64,000 bases of DNA from a virus. Both the position numbers and the translations under genes were made by a program. The stretch lies in IMG/VR virus record IMGVR_UViG_3300008261_000005; one strand, given 5' to 3'. The notes below the pieces were generated by a model. That model was not told the DNA's origin. It made no database searches and saw only the letters and a list, made by a program, of their open reading frames with translations. Shown here in pieces: positions 29,043 to 38,494 of the stretch (positions within the stretch are counted from its first letter, which is position 1; every line of letters starts with the position of its first letter).

Positions 29043-29897
29043 ATGACTGACCGTTCAAAATTCGAGCAAATGCTTGAACTTCTAATTAATGAAGAAACAG
29101 ACAAAGCCAAGGAATTATTTCATGACATCGTGGTTGAAAAATCACGTGAGATTTATGAATCATTGCTTGCAGAAGATTTTAATGAAAACGAAATGCCAGG
29201 TGCAGAAGGTGAATTAATGGCTCCGGGCGCAGAAGGCGAAATGCCAGCTGAAGAAGGCATGGGCGACGAGTTCTCAAGCGATGACGAGACCGACGACATG
29301 ATGGGCGATATTGAAGGTGACGATGAAATGGACGGCGACGACGTAACATTGTCAGGCGATGAAGTAACAGATTTACAAGACCGTGTAGTAGACTTAGAAG
29401 ACGCTCTTGATTCACTACGTGACGAATTTGAGTCATTGATGGGTGGAGAAGAAGACGGCGAAATGGGTCCTGAAGAGCCAGCAATGGGTGACGAAGAAGA
29501 AGAAATGTCTGAAATTTATGGCGCACCAGAATTTGAAGGCGAAGACGAAATGAGCATGTATGGCGACGATGAAAATCAAGACGAAGCTTTCATCCGTGAA
29601 TACGTAGAAAAAGTAACAGCTAAAATGGGTGACAATGGTGCTTTCACTAAGTCAACAGTAGCTAACAAGAATGATATGGGCGGCACAACTGCAAATATCG
29701 CTAAAGGCGGCGACGGCGGCAAAGGCGGTACACAAGGTGGTTTACTAAACCCAGCAACAAAAGATTTAGCATCAGGTAACGTTAACGTTCCAGGTGGTAA
29801 AGCAGGTGTTAAGCACTTGAAGAATGTTCCAGCAGGTCATGGAGCAGAGAAAAAAGGAAGCAAGCCAGATAGCGAAAAGAGCTTACTAGGCAAGTAA
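29043..29897 (+). CDS. Acidic prohead core protein (T4 gp67/68 position)
   Basis: 284 aa, very Glu/Asp-rich, with several I/L-x-E sites. Immediately upstream of the protease. Confidence 0.65.
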   Translation: MTDRSKFEQMLELLINEETDKAKELFHDIVVEKSREIYESLLAEDFNENEMPGAEGELMAPGAEGEMPAEEGMGDEFSSDDETDDMMGDIEGDDEMDGDDVTLSGDEVTDLQDRVVDLEDALDSLRDEFESLMGGEEDGEMGPEEPAMGDEEEEMSEIYGAPEFEGEDEMSMYGDDENQDEAFIREYVEKVTAKMGDNGAFTKSTVANKNDMGGTTANIAKGGDGGKGGTQGGLLNPATKDLASGNVNVPGGKAGVKHLKNVPAGHGAEKKGSKPDSEKSLLGK

Positions 29898-29898
29898 T

Positions 29899-30534
29899 AT
29901 GAGCAAAATCAACTACCTTCGTGAAAATTTGAGCTTTGATCAAGCCCGCATGGTGATCGAGTCAGATGGAAGCGACGGGAAAAACCTTTACATGAAGGGT
30001 ATCTGTATACAAGGTGGCATTAAAAATGCTAACCAACGTGTGTACCCTGTGGACGAGATTGAGCGAGCTGTCAAAACTTTGAACGATCAAATTTCTGGCG
30101 GATACTCTGTATTAGGTGAAGTTGATCACCCAGATGACTTAAAAATTAACCTGGACCGTGTGTCACACATGATTACTGAAATGTGGATGGACGGTCCAAA
30201 TGGTTATGGAAAGTTCAAGATTCTACCAACCCCAATGGGTCAACTAGTTCGCACTATGCTTGAGTCCGGAGTTAAGTTGGGAGTTTCCAGTCGAGGCTCA
30301 GGTAACGTCAGCGGTGACGGAACTGGAAGAGTCAGCGATTTTGAGATTATCACCGTAGATGTGGTAGCTCAACCCAGTGCACCAGGAGCATATCCTACAC
30401 CAATTTATGAACACTTGATGAATAGTCGTGGTGGTCTAAATGCCTTACGTATAGCGGAAGAGGTGAAGGGCGATCCTAAAGCACAACGTTATCTTAAAGA
30501 GAGTTTATTATCAATAATAAACAAACTCCAATAA
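29899..30534 (+). CDS. gp21: Prohead protease
   Basis: GEVDHP, RVSH, KLGVSSRGSG and DVVAQPSAPGAY are gp21 motifs. Confidence 0.96.
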   Translation: MSKINYLRENLSFDQARMVIESDGSDGKNLYMKGICIQGGIKNANQRVYPVDEIERAVKTLNDQISGGYSVLGEVDHPDDLKINLDRVSHMITEMWMDGPNGYGKFKILPTPMGQLVRTMLESGVKLGVSSRGSGNVSGDGTGRVSDFEIITVDVVAQPSAPGAYPTPIYEHLMNSRGGLNALRIAEEVKGDPKAQRYLKESLLSIINKLQ

Positions 30535-30546
30535 AAGGAGAATCAC

Positions 30547-31641
30547 ATGTTGGATGCAATTAAACAATTATTTGAAAATAATGTGATTTCTGAGGATATC
30601 AAAGCTCAGATTGAAGAAGCATGGGAAGCTCGTGTAAACGAGAACCGTACTCAAATCACTCAACAGCTTAGAGAAGAGTTCAGTCAGCGTTATGAACACG
30701 ACAGAGCAGTTATGGTAGAAGCTATTGACCGTATGGTCGGTGAGCAACTAGCACCTGAAATTGCCGAGTTTGTTGAAGACCGCGCTCAACTAGCAGAAGC
30801 CAAAGCCAAGTATGCAGTTAAGATGAAGAAAGATGCGGCAATAATGAAGGAATTCATTACACGTCAACTAGCATCAGAAGTATCTGAATTACATGAAGAC
30901 CAAAAAGTCATGGCAAGCAAGTTTTTCAAACTAGAAGAATTTGTGGTTGAAGCTTTAGCCAATGAAATTGCAGAATTTTACAAAGATAAACAAGACCTAG
31001 CGGAAACTAAGGTACGCCTTATCCGTGAAGGTAAAGATGCACTTGCTAAGATCAAAACACAATTTGTTCAACGTGCAGCAACAATGGTGGAAGGTGTTGT
31101 TGAGTCCAGCTTAAAAACTGAACTTACACAATTACGTGAAGACATTGACGCAGCTCGTAAAGCAGACTTTGGTCGTAAGATTTTCGAAGCTTTCAGCAAC
31201 GAATTTCAAACAAGTTACATCAATGAGAAGTCAGAAGCAGCTCAATTGCTCAAGGTCATAGACAAGAAGGATTCACAAATTGCTGAAGCGCAAACCATTG
31301 CAGTTACAGCACAGAGAATCATTGAAAGCAAAGAAGCAACTATCCGTGCATTAAATGAAAGCATGGAAAGAAAAGCAGTCATGAGTGAATTATTGGCACC
31401 GTTAGCGGCTGACCAAAAAGAAATCATGAGCGAACTATTAGAAAGTGTTCAAACTGTAAAGTTACACGATAGTTTTAATAAGTATTTGCCAGCGGTAATC
31501 GAGGGCAATGCTCCGCAGAAGAAACAGGCACTTACTGAGGCAAAAGAAATTACAGGAAATAAAATTTCCAACAGCAACCGTAGCAGCGAAAGCGATGGCA
31601 ACATCGTCGATATTCGTCGCCTAGCTGGACTAAAAATTTAA
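30547..31641 (+). CDS. gp22: Prohead scaffolding protein
   Basis: 364-aa coiled-coil protein between protease and capsid genes, ending in IRRLAGL. Confidence 0.85.
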   Translation: MLDAIKQLFENNVISEDIKAQIEEAWEARVNENRTQITQQLREEFSQRYEHDRAVMVEAIDRMVGEQLAPEIAEFVEDRAQLAEAKAKYAVKMKKDAAIMKEFITRQLASEVSELHEDQKVMASKFFKLEEFVVEALANEIAEFYKDKQDLAETKVRLIREGKDALAKIKTQFVQRAATMVEGVVESSLKTELTQLREDIDAARKADFGRKIFEAFSNEFQTSYINEKSEAAQLLKVIDKKDSQIAEAQTIAVTAQRIIESKEATIRALNESMERKAVMSELLAPLAADQKEIMSELLESVQTVKLHDSFNKYLPAVIEGNAPQKKQALTEAKEITGNKISNSNRSSESDGNIVDIRRLAGLKI

Positions 31642-31653
31642 GGAGAAATTTAA

Positions 31654-32829
31654 ATGTCAGAACTACTAAACAGCCGTTGGTCGGAAACCAAAGAGGCCCT
31701 ATTAGAAGGCCTTCAAGGTACAAAGAAATCAGTAATGTCAGCAACTTTAGAAAATACTCGCAAGTATTTGGCTGAAAGTGCTAGCACTGGTGCTACTTCT
31801 GCCGGCAACGTCGCAACACTAAATCGCGTGATCCTTCCAGTGATCCGTCGCGTTATGCCAACCGTTATTGCTAACGAGTTAGTTGGTGTACAACCAATGA
31901 CTGGTCCAGTTGGTCAGATCCATACACTACGTGTTCGCTACAGCGATACACTAAGTGGCACATATGGCGCTACTGCTGGTGAAGAGGCTCTAAGCCCATT
32001 CAAGATTGCAGAAGGCTATTCTGCTAACGACGGTTCACAAACTAAAGCAGCTTCAACAGCAGCTCTAGAAGGTGCAGCTGGTAAGCGTTTAAGCATTCAG
32101 ATCTTGAAGCAAACTGTTGAAGCGAAGACACGTAAATTGTCAGCTCGCTGGACATTTGAAGCTGCTCAAGATGCACAAGCCCAACAAGGTATTGACATCG
32201 AAGCAGAAATCATGGCTGCTTTGGCACAAGAAATTACTGCTGAAATCGACCAAGAAGTTATCGGTAGCTTGGCTACTTTAGCTGCTTCTAACGGTAACGT
32301 TCAAGCATACAACCAAGCAACTGTATCAGGTACTGCTACATTCGTTGGTGACGAACACGCTGCTTTAGCTGTTCTAATCAACCGTGCTGCTAACATCATC
32401 GCTCAACGTACACGTCGCGGTGCTGGTAACTGGGCTGTTGTTTCACCACAAGCATTGACAATTCTACAATCTGCTACTACAAGCGCATTTGCTCGTACAA
32501 CAGAAGGTACATTTGAAGCACCTACAAACACTAAGTTTGTTGGTACATTGAACGGTGCTATGAAGGTATATGTAAACAGCTACGCTGCTGATAACTCAGC
32601 TGTATTAGTTGGTTACAAAGGTTCTTCAGAGTCAGATGCAGCAGCATTCTATTGCCCATACATTCCATTGATGAGCAGTGGTGTTGTTCTTGACCCATCA
32701 ACATTTGAGCCAGTCGTATCATTTATGACACGTTACGGTTATGTTGAGTTGTCAAATACTGCGTCATCTCTAGGTAACGCAGCAGACTACTTAGGTAGCG
32801 TTTCAATTACTGGTGTTTCATTCCAGTAA
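31654..32829 (+). CDS. gp23: Major capsid protein
   Basis: LPVIRRVMPTVIANELVGVQPMTGPVG, EAKTRKLSARWTFE, EIMAALAQEITAEIDQE, FYCPYIPL and FMTRYG. Confidence 0.97.
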   Translation: MSELLNSRWSETKEALLEGLQGTKKSVMSATLENTRKYLAESASTGATSAGNVATLNRVILPVIRRVMPTVIANELVGVQPMTGPVGQIHTLRVRYSDTLSGTYGATAGEEALSPFKIAEGYSANDGSQTKAASTAALEGAAGKRLSIQILKQTVEAKTRKLSARWTFEAAQDAQAQQGIDIEAEIMAALAQEITAEIDQEVIGSLATLAASNGNVQAYNQATVSGTATFVGDEHAALAVLINRAANIIAQRTRRGAGNWAVVSPQALTILQSATTSAFARTTEGTFEAPTNTKFVGTLNGAMKVYVNSYAADNSAVLVGYKGSSESDAAAFYCPYIPLMSSGVVLDPSTFEPVVSFMTRYGYVELSNTASSLGNAADYLGSVSITGVSFQ

Positions 32830-32851
32830 TATTGCATTAAGTGTAATACAG

Positions 32852-32877
32852 AAAGGACTCTTCGGAGTCCTTTTTTG
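32852..32877 (+). terminator. Rho-independent terminator after capsid gene
   Basis: AAAGGACTC-TTCG-GAGTCC-TTTTTT: a UUCG tetraloop hairpin followed by a U-tract. Confidence 0.92.
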
Positions 32878-32903
32878 TTGACTTGTAACTCTTTAACAAT
32901 CGA

Positions 32904-32979
32904 TAAATACTTTGTCTAGAAGATTTATGCGGTACCCGCCGCGTAGGCCTAGAACGCCATTAACTCAAGGAGAAAACAA
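32904..32979 (+). promoter_or_regulatory. Late promoter plus structured 5' leader
   Basis: TAAATA at 32904-09; TATGCGG/CCGCGTA stem (32926-45) inside TCTAG/CTAGA (32915-53); AAGGAG SD. Confidence 0.55.
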
Positions 32980-33354
32980 ATGGGACGTCCAGTAAAAGAT
33001 GATGTACTTGGTACATTGGTATTCGGCGATTACGCCACAACATCTGCAGGTATTAAAGTATCTGCACGTATTCCTGGCTTTGGAACAGCTAAAGCAGGTT
33101 ACATTGAAAAACAAGTAGGCTCACGTAATTACAGAGTTACCAACGCTGATGGTACAGGCAAATGCTTGTTAGTAAGCTCAATCACAGACGAAGGTCAAGT
33201 AGTAATGCTAGGTTACACAAACCCGGGTGCTGACATTTCTGTTGCTATTAGAAAGTTAAACAAGCGTACAGCTATTGACTTCAGTGGCAATCGTTACACT
33301 TGGTATTTGGTAAACGATTCATCAGAAGATTACATTCAATTAACAGCTATCTAA
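32980..33354 (+). CDS. Virion structural protein (124 aa), unknown
   Basis: Strong SD and own late promoter; contains YIEKQVGSRNYRV. Confidence 0.75.
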   Translation: MGRPVKDDVLGTLVFGDYATTSAGIKVSARIPGFGTAKAGYIEKQVGSRNYRVTNADGTGKCLLVSSITDEGQVVMLGYTNPGADISVAIRKLNKRTAIDFSGNRYTWYLVNDSSEDYIQLTAI

Positions 33355-33361
33355 TATAAAC

Positions 33362-34333
33362 ATGTCTAAAGTCGTCAAAGTTCAAGGTGACTATCAAGTA
33401 GTCACACAGCTCGGTGGAAACATCGTACTAAACACGGGTCCAGGTGTTGGCTTAACAACCGTTACTGGTGATTTATTAGTACAAGGTAATACAACGACTA
33501 TTACTTCAGAAACTTTGGAGATTTCAGATAGGGTTTTATATTTAAACGTAGGTGAAACACTAGCAGGCGTTGGTGGAGGAACTGATTTTTCAGGACTTAC
33601 TATTGAACGTGGGTTGCTTCAAGACGCCAGCTTTGTGTTTGACGAAACTCTTTCGTTTACAACACCAACAGGTACAATTATAAATGGTGCATTTACATTT
33701 AGAAATTCTGTTGGCACACTATTAGGTTTACAAACAAATAGTTTGTTTACCGGCGGCAGCAACTTAGAAATTAACACAGGCACTGGGGTCATTTCAGTTA
33801 ATTCGTCAAATAATTATTCTGCAAACGTAGCTCTAGCTGGTCCAAACGCAATCCCAAATAAAGGGTATGTGCAAACATATGTATTGGATTTGATTGCTGA
33901 AGCTCCTATTGCAGGTTTTAGAAAATATAATGGACTAACACCGTTGGATACTTCAGGAATAGCATTTGATACTGGTGCTGGAGATCCTGAAAGCAAGATA
34001 GTATTCACTATTGACGGAACCGTTGAAGCTACAGTTAATACTTCTGGTCTTTTAGTAAATAAAATTCAATTAGGTGGATCAAGTGGTTACGAAATCAATA
34101 CTACAACAGGTTTTCCGCTAACTATTAAATCAAATACAAATTTGGTGGACATTGACTCAGTTTTAAGTTTATCAGATCAGTCTTCAGCACCAAGTAGTGA
34201 TGCTGGCAAAAACAAAGTATACAGTAGAGCAACACAAGGTCCTGGAGCAACAGGATTATTTTTCTCAAACACAACAACTGCTGATGAGTTGGTAAGCAGA
34301 CGTAGATCGTTAGTGTTTAGTATGATATTTTAA
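33362..34333 (+). CDS. Fibre/structural protein (323 aa)
   Basis: VTGDLLVQGNTTTITSETLEISD is a trimeric beta-fibre-type motif. Ends in a hydrophobic tail, LVFSMIF. Confidence 0.7.
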   Translation: MSKVVKVQGDYQVVTQLGGNIVLNTGPGVGLTTVTGDLLVQGNTTTITSETLEISDRVLYLNVGETLAGVGGGTDFSGLTIERGLLQDASFVFDETLSFTTPTGTIINGAFTFRNSVGTLLGLQTNSLFTGGSNLEINTGTGVISVNSSNNYSANVALAGPNAIPNKGYVQTYVLDLIAEAPIAGFRKYNGLTPLDTSGIAFDTGAGDPESKIVFTIDGTVEATVNTSGLLVNKIQLGGSSGYEINTTTGFPLTIKSNTNLVDIDSVLSLSDQSSAPSSDAGKNKVYSRATQGPGATGLFFSNTTTADELVSRRRSLVFSMIF

Positions 34334-34342
34334 GGAATAGAC

Positions 34343-34666
34343 ATGGCAATCCAAAGCGCATTAGTAACAACATCATCGGCAGCAATTTATGGTCCAGTAG
34401 CATCTGGACAAGAACATGCTATTACTACTCTATTCTTTTGCAACTATAGCGTGTCTGACGTAGTTTTACAGTCAGTTAATCTTGTAAAATCAACAGCATC
34501 CGCTACTAATACAAATAAAATTATTCATAATTTAACAATCCCAGCAGGTGAAACATTCACGTTTGATGCAGAAAAAATTGTATTAGAGGCAGGAGATAAA
34601 GTAGAAGCTATTGCAGATACAAATACACGATTAAGCGTTACAGTTTCATCATTGAGGGTAGCGTAA
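34343..34666 (+). CDS. Small beta-rich structural protein (107 aa)
   Basis: ITTLFFCN..IPAGETFTF..KIVLEAGD. Paralogous to 37770-38099. Confidence 0.75.
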   Translation: MAIQSALVTTSSAAIYGPVASGQEHAITTLFFCNYSVSDVVLQSVNLVKSTASATNTNKIIHNLTIPAGETFTFDAEKIVLEAGDKVEAIADTNTRLSVTVSSLRVA

Positions 34667-34667
34667 T

Positions 34668-35432
34668 ATGAGATTTCTAAAAAAATCTCAACTTAGTCCG
34701 TATAATGTCAAGGACAACGGTGTTGCTATTGACCATAACAGACAAATTATTATGGAGTCAACAAATAGCTTGTTGATACCAAGTGGTCCTAACGGCTCAC
34801 GTCCCGCAACTCCAATTGAAGGACACATACGTTACAATGAAACTGCGGGTGAATTAGAAGCACGTCAAGGTGGTGCATGGAGACAATTTAGATATAAAGA
34901 GTCAGGCGGCATCACACAACAAACATTGGGTACAGGTGACTATGTTGAGACAACATTTGGGCCATTGAGTCCAGCTCCACCCACAACCGCAGCAAGCGGA
35001 ACAACTTGGACTGGAGCAAACTTATTGGTCATTGTTGAAAATGTGATTCAGTTGTTTAACACAAACTACACCATTGTTCAAAACCCAGCCAATGTAACAG
35101 CGTCCGTTATTTCTTTCAATAGTGCGTCAAAATTTATTATTAGCAGTAGTACTGCGGTAGTAAATTTTATTGACAAGGGATTTAGAATTGATCAAAAGAT
35201 TGTTGTGACTGGATCTGCAAACAACAATGCTACATTTACTATTACCAACGTGCTAGAAGATATATTAACAGTTGCAGAAACTGTTAATAGCGAAGCAGCC
35301 GGAGCAGCAGTTTCTATTGTTGGTCTAGCAAGTGATGATTTGACACCATACACAACAGGTTATTATTGTGTGTTTGGTGAAGCAGTTCCAAGTTTAAAAC
35401 CAGTCACCGTATTACACGGTTTTGACCAGTAA
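34668..35432 (+). CDS. Fibre-associated structural protein (254 aa)
   Basis: LLIPSG..RP..GHIRYNETAGELEARQGGAW fibre motif. Confidence 0.7.
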   Translation: MRFLKKSQLSPYNVKDNGVAIDHNRQIIMESTNSLLIPSGPNGSRPATPIEGHIRYNETAGELEARQGGAWRQFRYKESGGITQQTLGTGDYVETTFGPLSPAPPTTAASGTTWTGANLLVIVENVIQLFNTNYTIVQNPANVTASVISFNSASKFIISSSTAVVNFIDKGFRIDQKIVVTGSANNNATFTITNVLEDILTVAETVNSEAAGAAVSIVGLASDDLTPYTTGYYCVFGEAVPSLKPVTVLHGFDQ

Positions 35433-35442
35433 GGAGTAAAAT

Positions 35443-36588
35443 ATGCCAGTATCAGGCGGCGGCGGACCTCCAAGCGGACCATTATATAATCCAGCTCCAG
35501 TAAGCTACACTGGTAATGGTAGTCTTGGTCGTATCAGTGGAAAGCTTCTAAGCGCCAACTTGATCCGTGATGGTGTTGACCTCACTTTTAGAAACGGTCC
35601 AACAGATCCTGATTTAGTTTACTTTGACGTAACTGGCAACAAGCTGGGATTTAACACTGACAATCCTCTTTACGATTTAGATGTTAATGGTCTTTTAGAT
35701 ACTAACATACTAAGCATTACAACAACTGCCACAATTGGCAATGTTAAAATCAATGCAGATGGATCTTTTAGCACAGTTACTGGTGCATTGAATATTAGTC
35801 CACTAGGGACTACACCTACAATTTCACATGATAGACTTACAACAAGTTTATTACAAATCAACGATAACTTTATTAGTGCAAATGTTACTGATGGTAACGT
35901 AATATTTGACCCCAACGGCAGCGGCGCAATCAATTTACAAAGCAATGTGGTTAATACTGGTGGAATTGATGTTACTGGAAATATCAACATCCAAGGGAAT
36001 TTATCCTATGGTGGTAGCTTAATACTGGGTGATGCCGCAGGAGACGCACTAGACTTTAATGGCGAATTTGACAAAGCTCTTTTGCCAGGAGTTGACAATT
36101 ATTATAACTTGGGCGCACCAGGCAAGGCATGGGCATTGTTGCGAGTAGCCAACGCTGAAATTGGAAGTTTAAGTCAAAATTCTATCCTTGTAGACAATAA
36201 ATTATACATTGCCAACAGTGCAAATGACATCGCTGCCACGCAAGGTAATGATCCAATTTATATCAACCCAGATACAAGAGTTATCTATTTAGAAGATTTT
36301 AAAATAGAAAATAATATAATCACAAATCAACTTAATACCCCAGTAACCTTTACTTCTACTGGTACAGGATACCTTCAATTTACTGACACAAATGCATTTA
36401 TTATTCCAGTTGGAGACAATTCTCAACGCGGTTTTACTGAAGTTGGCGAGACACGATGGAATACTGAAGTAGGATATATGGAATGCTTTGATGGCTCAGT
36501 ATACTATGTTGCTACGGGCCCTGGAGAATTTTTAACTCCAGAAGACATGCAAGAACTTGGTAACGTTTACAGCATTATCCTGGGCTAA
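35443..36588 (+). CDS. Fibre protein paralog A (381 aa)
   Basis: GRISGKLLSANLIRDGVDL module and a C-terminal GETRWNTEVGYMECFDG motif. Confidence 0.72.
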   Translation: MPVSGGGGPPSGPLYNPAPVSYTGNGSLGRISGKLLSANLIRDGVDLTFRNGPTDPDLVYFDVTGNKLGFNTDNPLYDLDVNGLLDTNILSITTTATIGNVKINADGSFSTVTGALNISPLGTTPTISHDRLTTSLLQINDNFISANVTDGNVIFDPNGSGAINLQSNVVNTGGIDVTGNINIQGNLSYGGSLILGDAAGDALDFNGEFDKALLPGVDNYYNLGAPGKAWALLRVANAEIGSLSQNSILVDNKLYIANSANDIAATQGNDPIYINPDTRVIYLEDFKIENNIITNQLNTPVTFTSTGTGYLQFTDTNAFIIPVGDNSQRGFTEVGETRWNTEVGYMECFDGSVYYVATGPGEFLTPEDMQELGNVYSIILG

Positions 36589-36602
36589 TTTAACCAATCC
36601 GA

Positions 36603-36706
36603 TAAATACTTTTACTGTAAAGACAGACCATGTTTTTGCGATATTCAACTGTGGTAAACCCGCAATGTAAGGTGGTTAACCGTGAAACACGGGGTTAAGG
36701 AGAGCT
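36603..36706 (+). promoter_or_regulatory. Late promoter plus ~100-nt structured leader
   Basis: TAAATA at 36603-08; stems CTGT/ACAG, TTGCG/CGCAA and TTAACC-GTG-aaa-CAC-GG-GGTTAA abutting the AAGGAG SD. Confidence 0.55.
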
Positions 36707-37762
36707 ATGGCTATTGGTCGCATTTCAGGTCCGCTCTTAAAGTCAAACTTGATCCGTGACGGGGTCAACTTAGCCTTTGAGACCGACTTATTATTTCTTG
36801 ATGTTAATAACTCTCGTATAGGGGTGAACACTGCCAGTCCGACGACAGATTTGGATGTTAACGGTACAACCCGCACTACTAACTTAACCATAAATGATCA
36901 ACTAGATGTAGGCAATTTGCACATTACTGACAATACAATAAGCAGTGATTTGTCAACAATTACATTTAGTCCAGCAGCAACAAACCCAACAATATACCAT
37001 GCTAAATTGCAAGTGGATGACTTGCAATTTACTACCAACACGATTTCTACAACAGTAACTGATAGAAATTTAGATATCAGTGCAAACGGATCTGGAGTAA
37101 TTAACCTAGTAGCAAACACTAATGTTACTGGAAATTTAGATGTTACAGGAGATGTAACAGCTACTGGAAATATTGTAGTTGGCGGAAATATCACAATTGG
37201 TGATTCAACTACAGATACTATCACAGTTAATGCTAGCATTACCAGCGACCTAGTACCAACAACCACCAACACCTACGACATTGGTTCTCCTGATTTACAG
37301 TGGAATAACTTGTATGTTAGTAATGTGTTTGCAGATACTGCAAACTTAGTTTCACTATCTATTGGACAGTTAATTTTTAATGGTAATGAAATCAATACTA
37401 CTACAGGACAAGATTTATATCTAAGAGGTGCTGGAACTGGTGGTGTAATATTAGATAATATCAAAATTCTTGGTAATACAATTACTAATATTGCCAATAA
37501 CGCAATTACAGAAATTGCACAATCAGGAACTGGCTACTTTAAAATTGTAGGTACAAACGGTTTTGTACCCCCAAGAGGAACTGAATTGCAACGTCCTTCC
37601 CCATCCAATTCTGTGCTGGGCATGACACGATACAATATTGTATCAAAAGCATTAGAAGTATTTGACGGTGTAGGTTGGTCTAGTCCATCAGGTTCTGCTG
37701 GTGCAGTTTCAGCTCAAGTTGCTGAAGATACAGCAATCTCTTTTGCAATATCATTAGGATAA
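36707..37762 (+). CDS. Fibre protein paralog B (351 aa)
   Basis: MAIGRISGPLLKSNLIRDGVNL and GMTRYNIVSKALEVFDG. Ends in AISFAISLG. Confidence 0.75.
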   Translation: MAIGRISGPLLKSNLIRDGVNLAFETDLLFLDVNNSRIGVNTASPTTDLDVNGTTRTTNLTINDQLDVGNLHITDNTISSDLSTITFSPAATNPTIYHAKLQVDDLQFTTNTISTTVTDRNLDISANGSGVINLVANTNVTGNLDVTGDVTATGNIVVGGNITIGDSTTDTITVNASITSDLVPTTTNTYDIGSPDLQWNNLYVSNVFADTANLVSLSIGQLIFNGNEINTTTGQDLYLRGAGTGGVILDNIKILGNTITNIANNAITEIAQSGTGYFKIVGTNGFVPPRGTELQRPSPSNSVLGMTRYNIVSKALEVFDGVGWSSPSGSAGAVSAQVAEDTAISFAISLG

Positions 37763-37769
37763 TAAGAAC

Positions 37770-38099
37770 ATGGCAACGACATTTAAAAACGTAGTAGTAA
37801 AAGGTGTTGGGACTAATTTAGCAACGCTAGTACAAACAACCAACTTAACAAGATGCACAGTTATTGGTTTAAGTTTAACTAATATCACTGGAAGTAATAC
37901 CATTGTAGATGTACTAGTTGAAGATGACACAAGCACACAAGGCTATTATGTGAAGGGCGTTATTATCCCTCCAGGTAGTAGTTTAAGAGTTGTAAACCAA
38001 GGCGAAAAACTTATTATGGCCACAGAAAATCAGTTGCTAGTTCGTGCAACTCAGCCCAATAGTATTGATGCTATTGTAAGTTTCGTTGAAATTTATTAA
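37770..38099 (+). CDS. Small beta-rich structural protein (109 aa)
   Basis: MATTFKN..VIGLSLTN..IPPGSSL..KLIM. Paralogous to 34343-34666. Confidence 0.75.
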   Translation: MATTFKNVVVKGVGTNLATLVQTTNLTRCTVIGLSLTNITGSNTIVDVLVEDDTSTQGYYVKGVIIPPGSSLRVVNQGEKLIMATENQLLVRATQPNSIDAIVSFVEIY

Positions 38100-38110
38100 G
38101 GTACTAGATT

Positions 38111-38461
38111 ATGACATATTTTTTAGGTAATAGTGCAGCAGACCTACTACAAGGTAAACCAAGATACTTTTACGGACTACGTAGAAGTGATGCTGGCGAT
38201 GTTTATATTGATCGCATCGATCAATTAAATGGAGAAGCAGTTGTAATTAATAACCCAGGTGACTCGAACGAAAGTTACGAAAAGTTTGCAGTGGGTTTGG
38301 ATTTTTTAAATGGACGTGCAGTTAATCACGAATTAGTGTATGCAAATCTCAAATACGAACAGTATCGCTGGGATGATAGACTTTTAAGTTATTACATTGA
38401 CGAAGATGGTAATTTAGCAGTGCTGGTAGGCGAGGATCGCATATACCCAGCTGATGTATAA
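38111..38461 (+). CDS. Small structural protein (116 aa)
   Basis: RYFYGLRR..YEQYRWD..YYIDEDGNL; lies in the fibre cluster. Confidence 0.7.
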   Translation: MTYFLGNSAADLLQGKPRYFYGLRRSDAGDVYIDRIDQLNGEAVVINNPGDSNESYEKFAVGLDFLNGRAVNHELVYANLKYEQYRWDDRLLSYYIDEDGNLAVLVGEDRIYPADV

Positions 38462-38464
38462 AGA

Positions 38465-38470
38465 TAAATA
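38465..38470 (+). promoter_or_regulatory. Late promoter TAAATA for receptor-binding operon
   Basis: GATAAATA, then GAGG SD and ATG 38495. Confidence 0.6.
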
Positions 38471-38494
38471 AAAAATAGTAGAGGAAATTCAAAA

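Noticed and set aside
29024-31653. SD sequences in small hairpin loops (AATCT-AAGG-AGATT; AAATTT-AAGGAG-AAATTT)
   Set aside because: AU-only stems of 5-6 bp are too weak to call regulatory.
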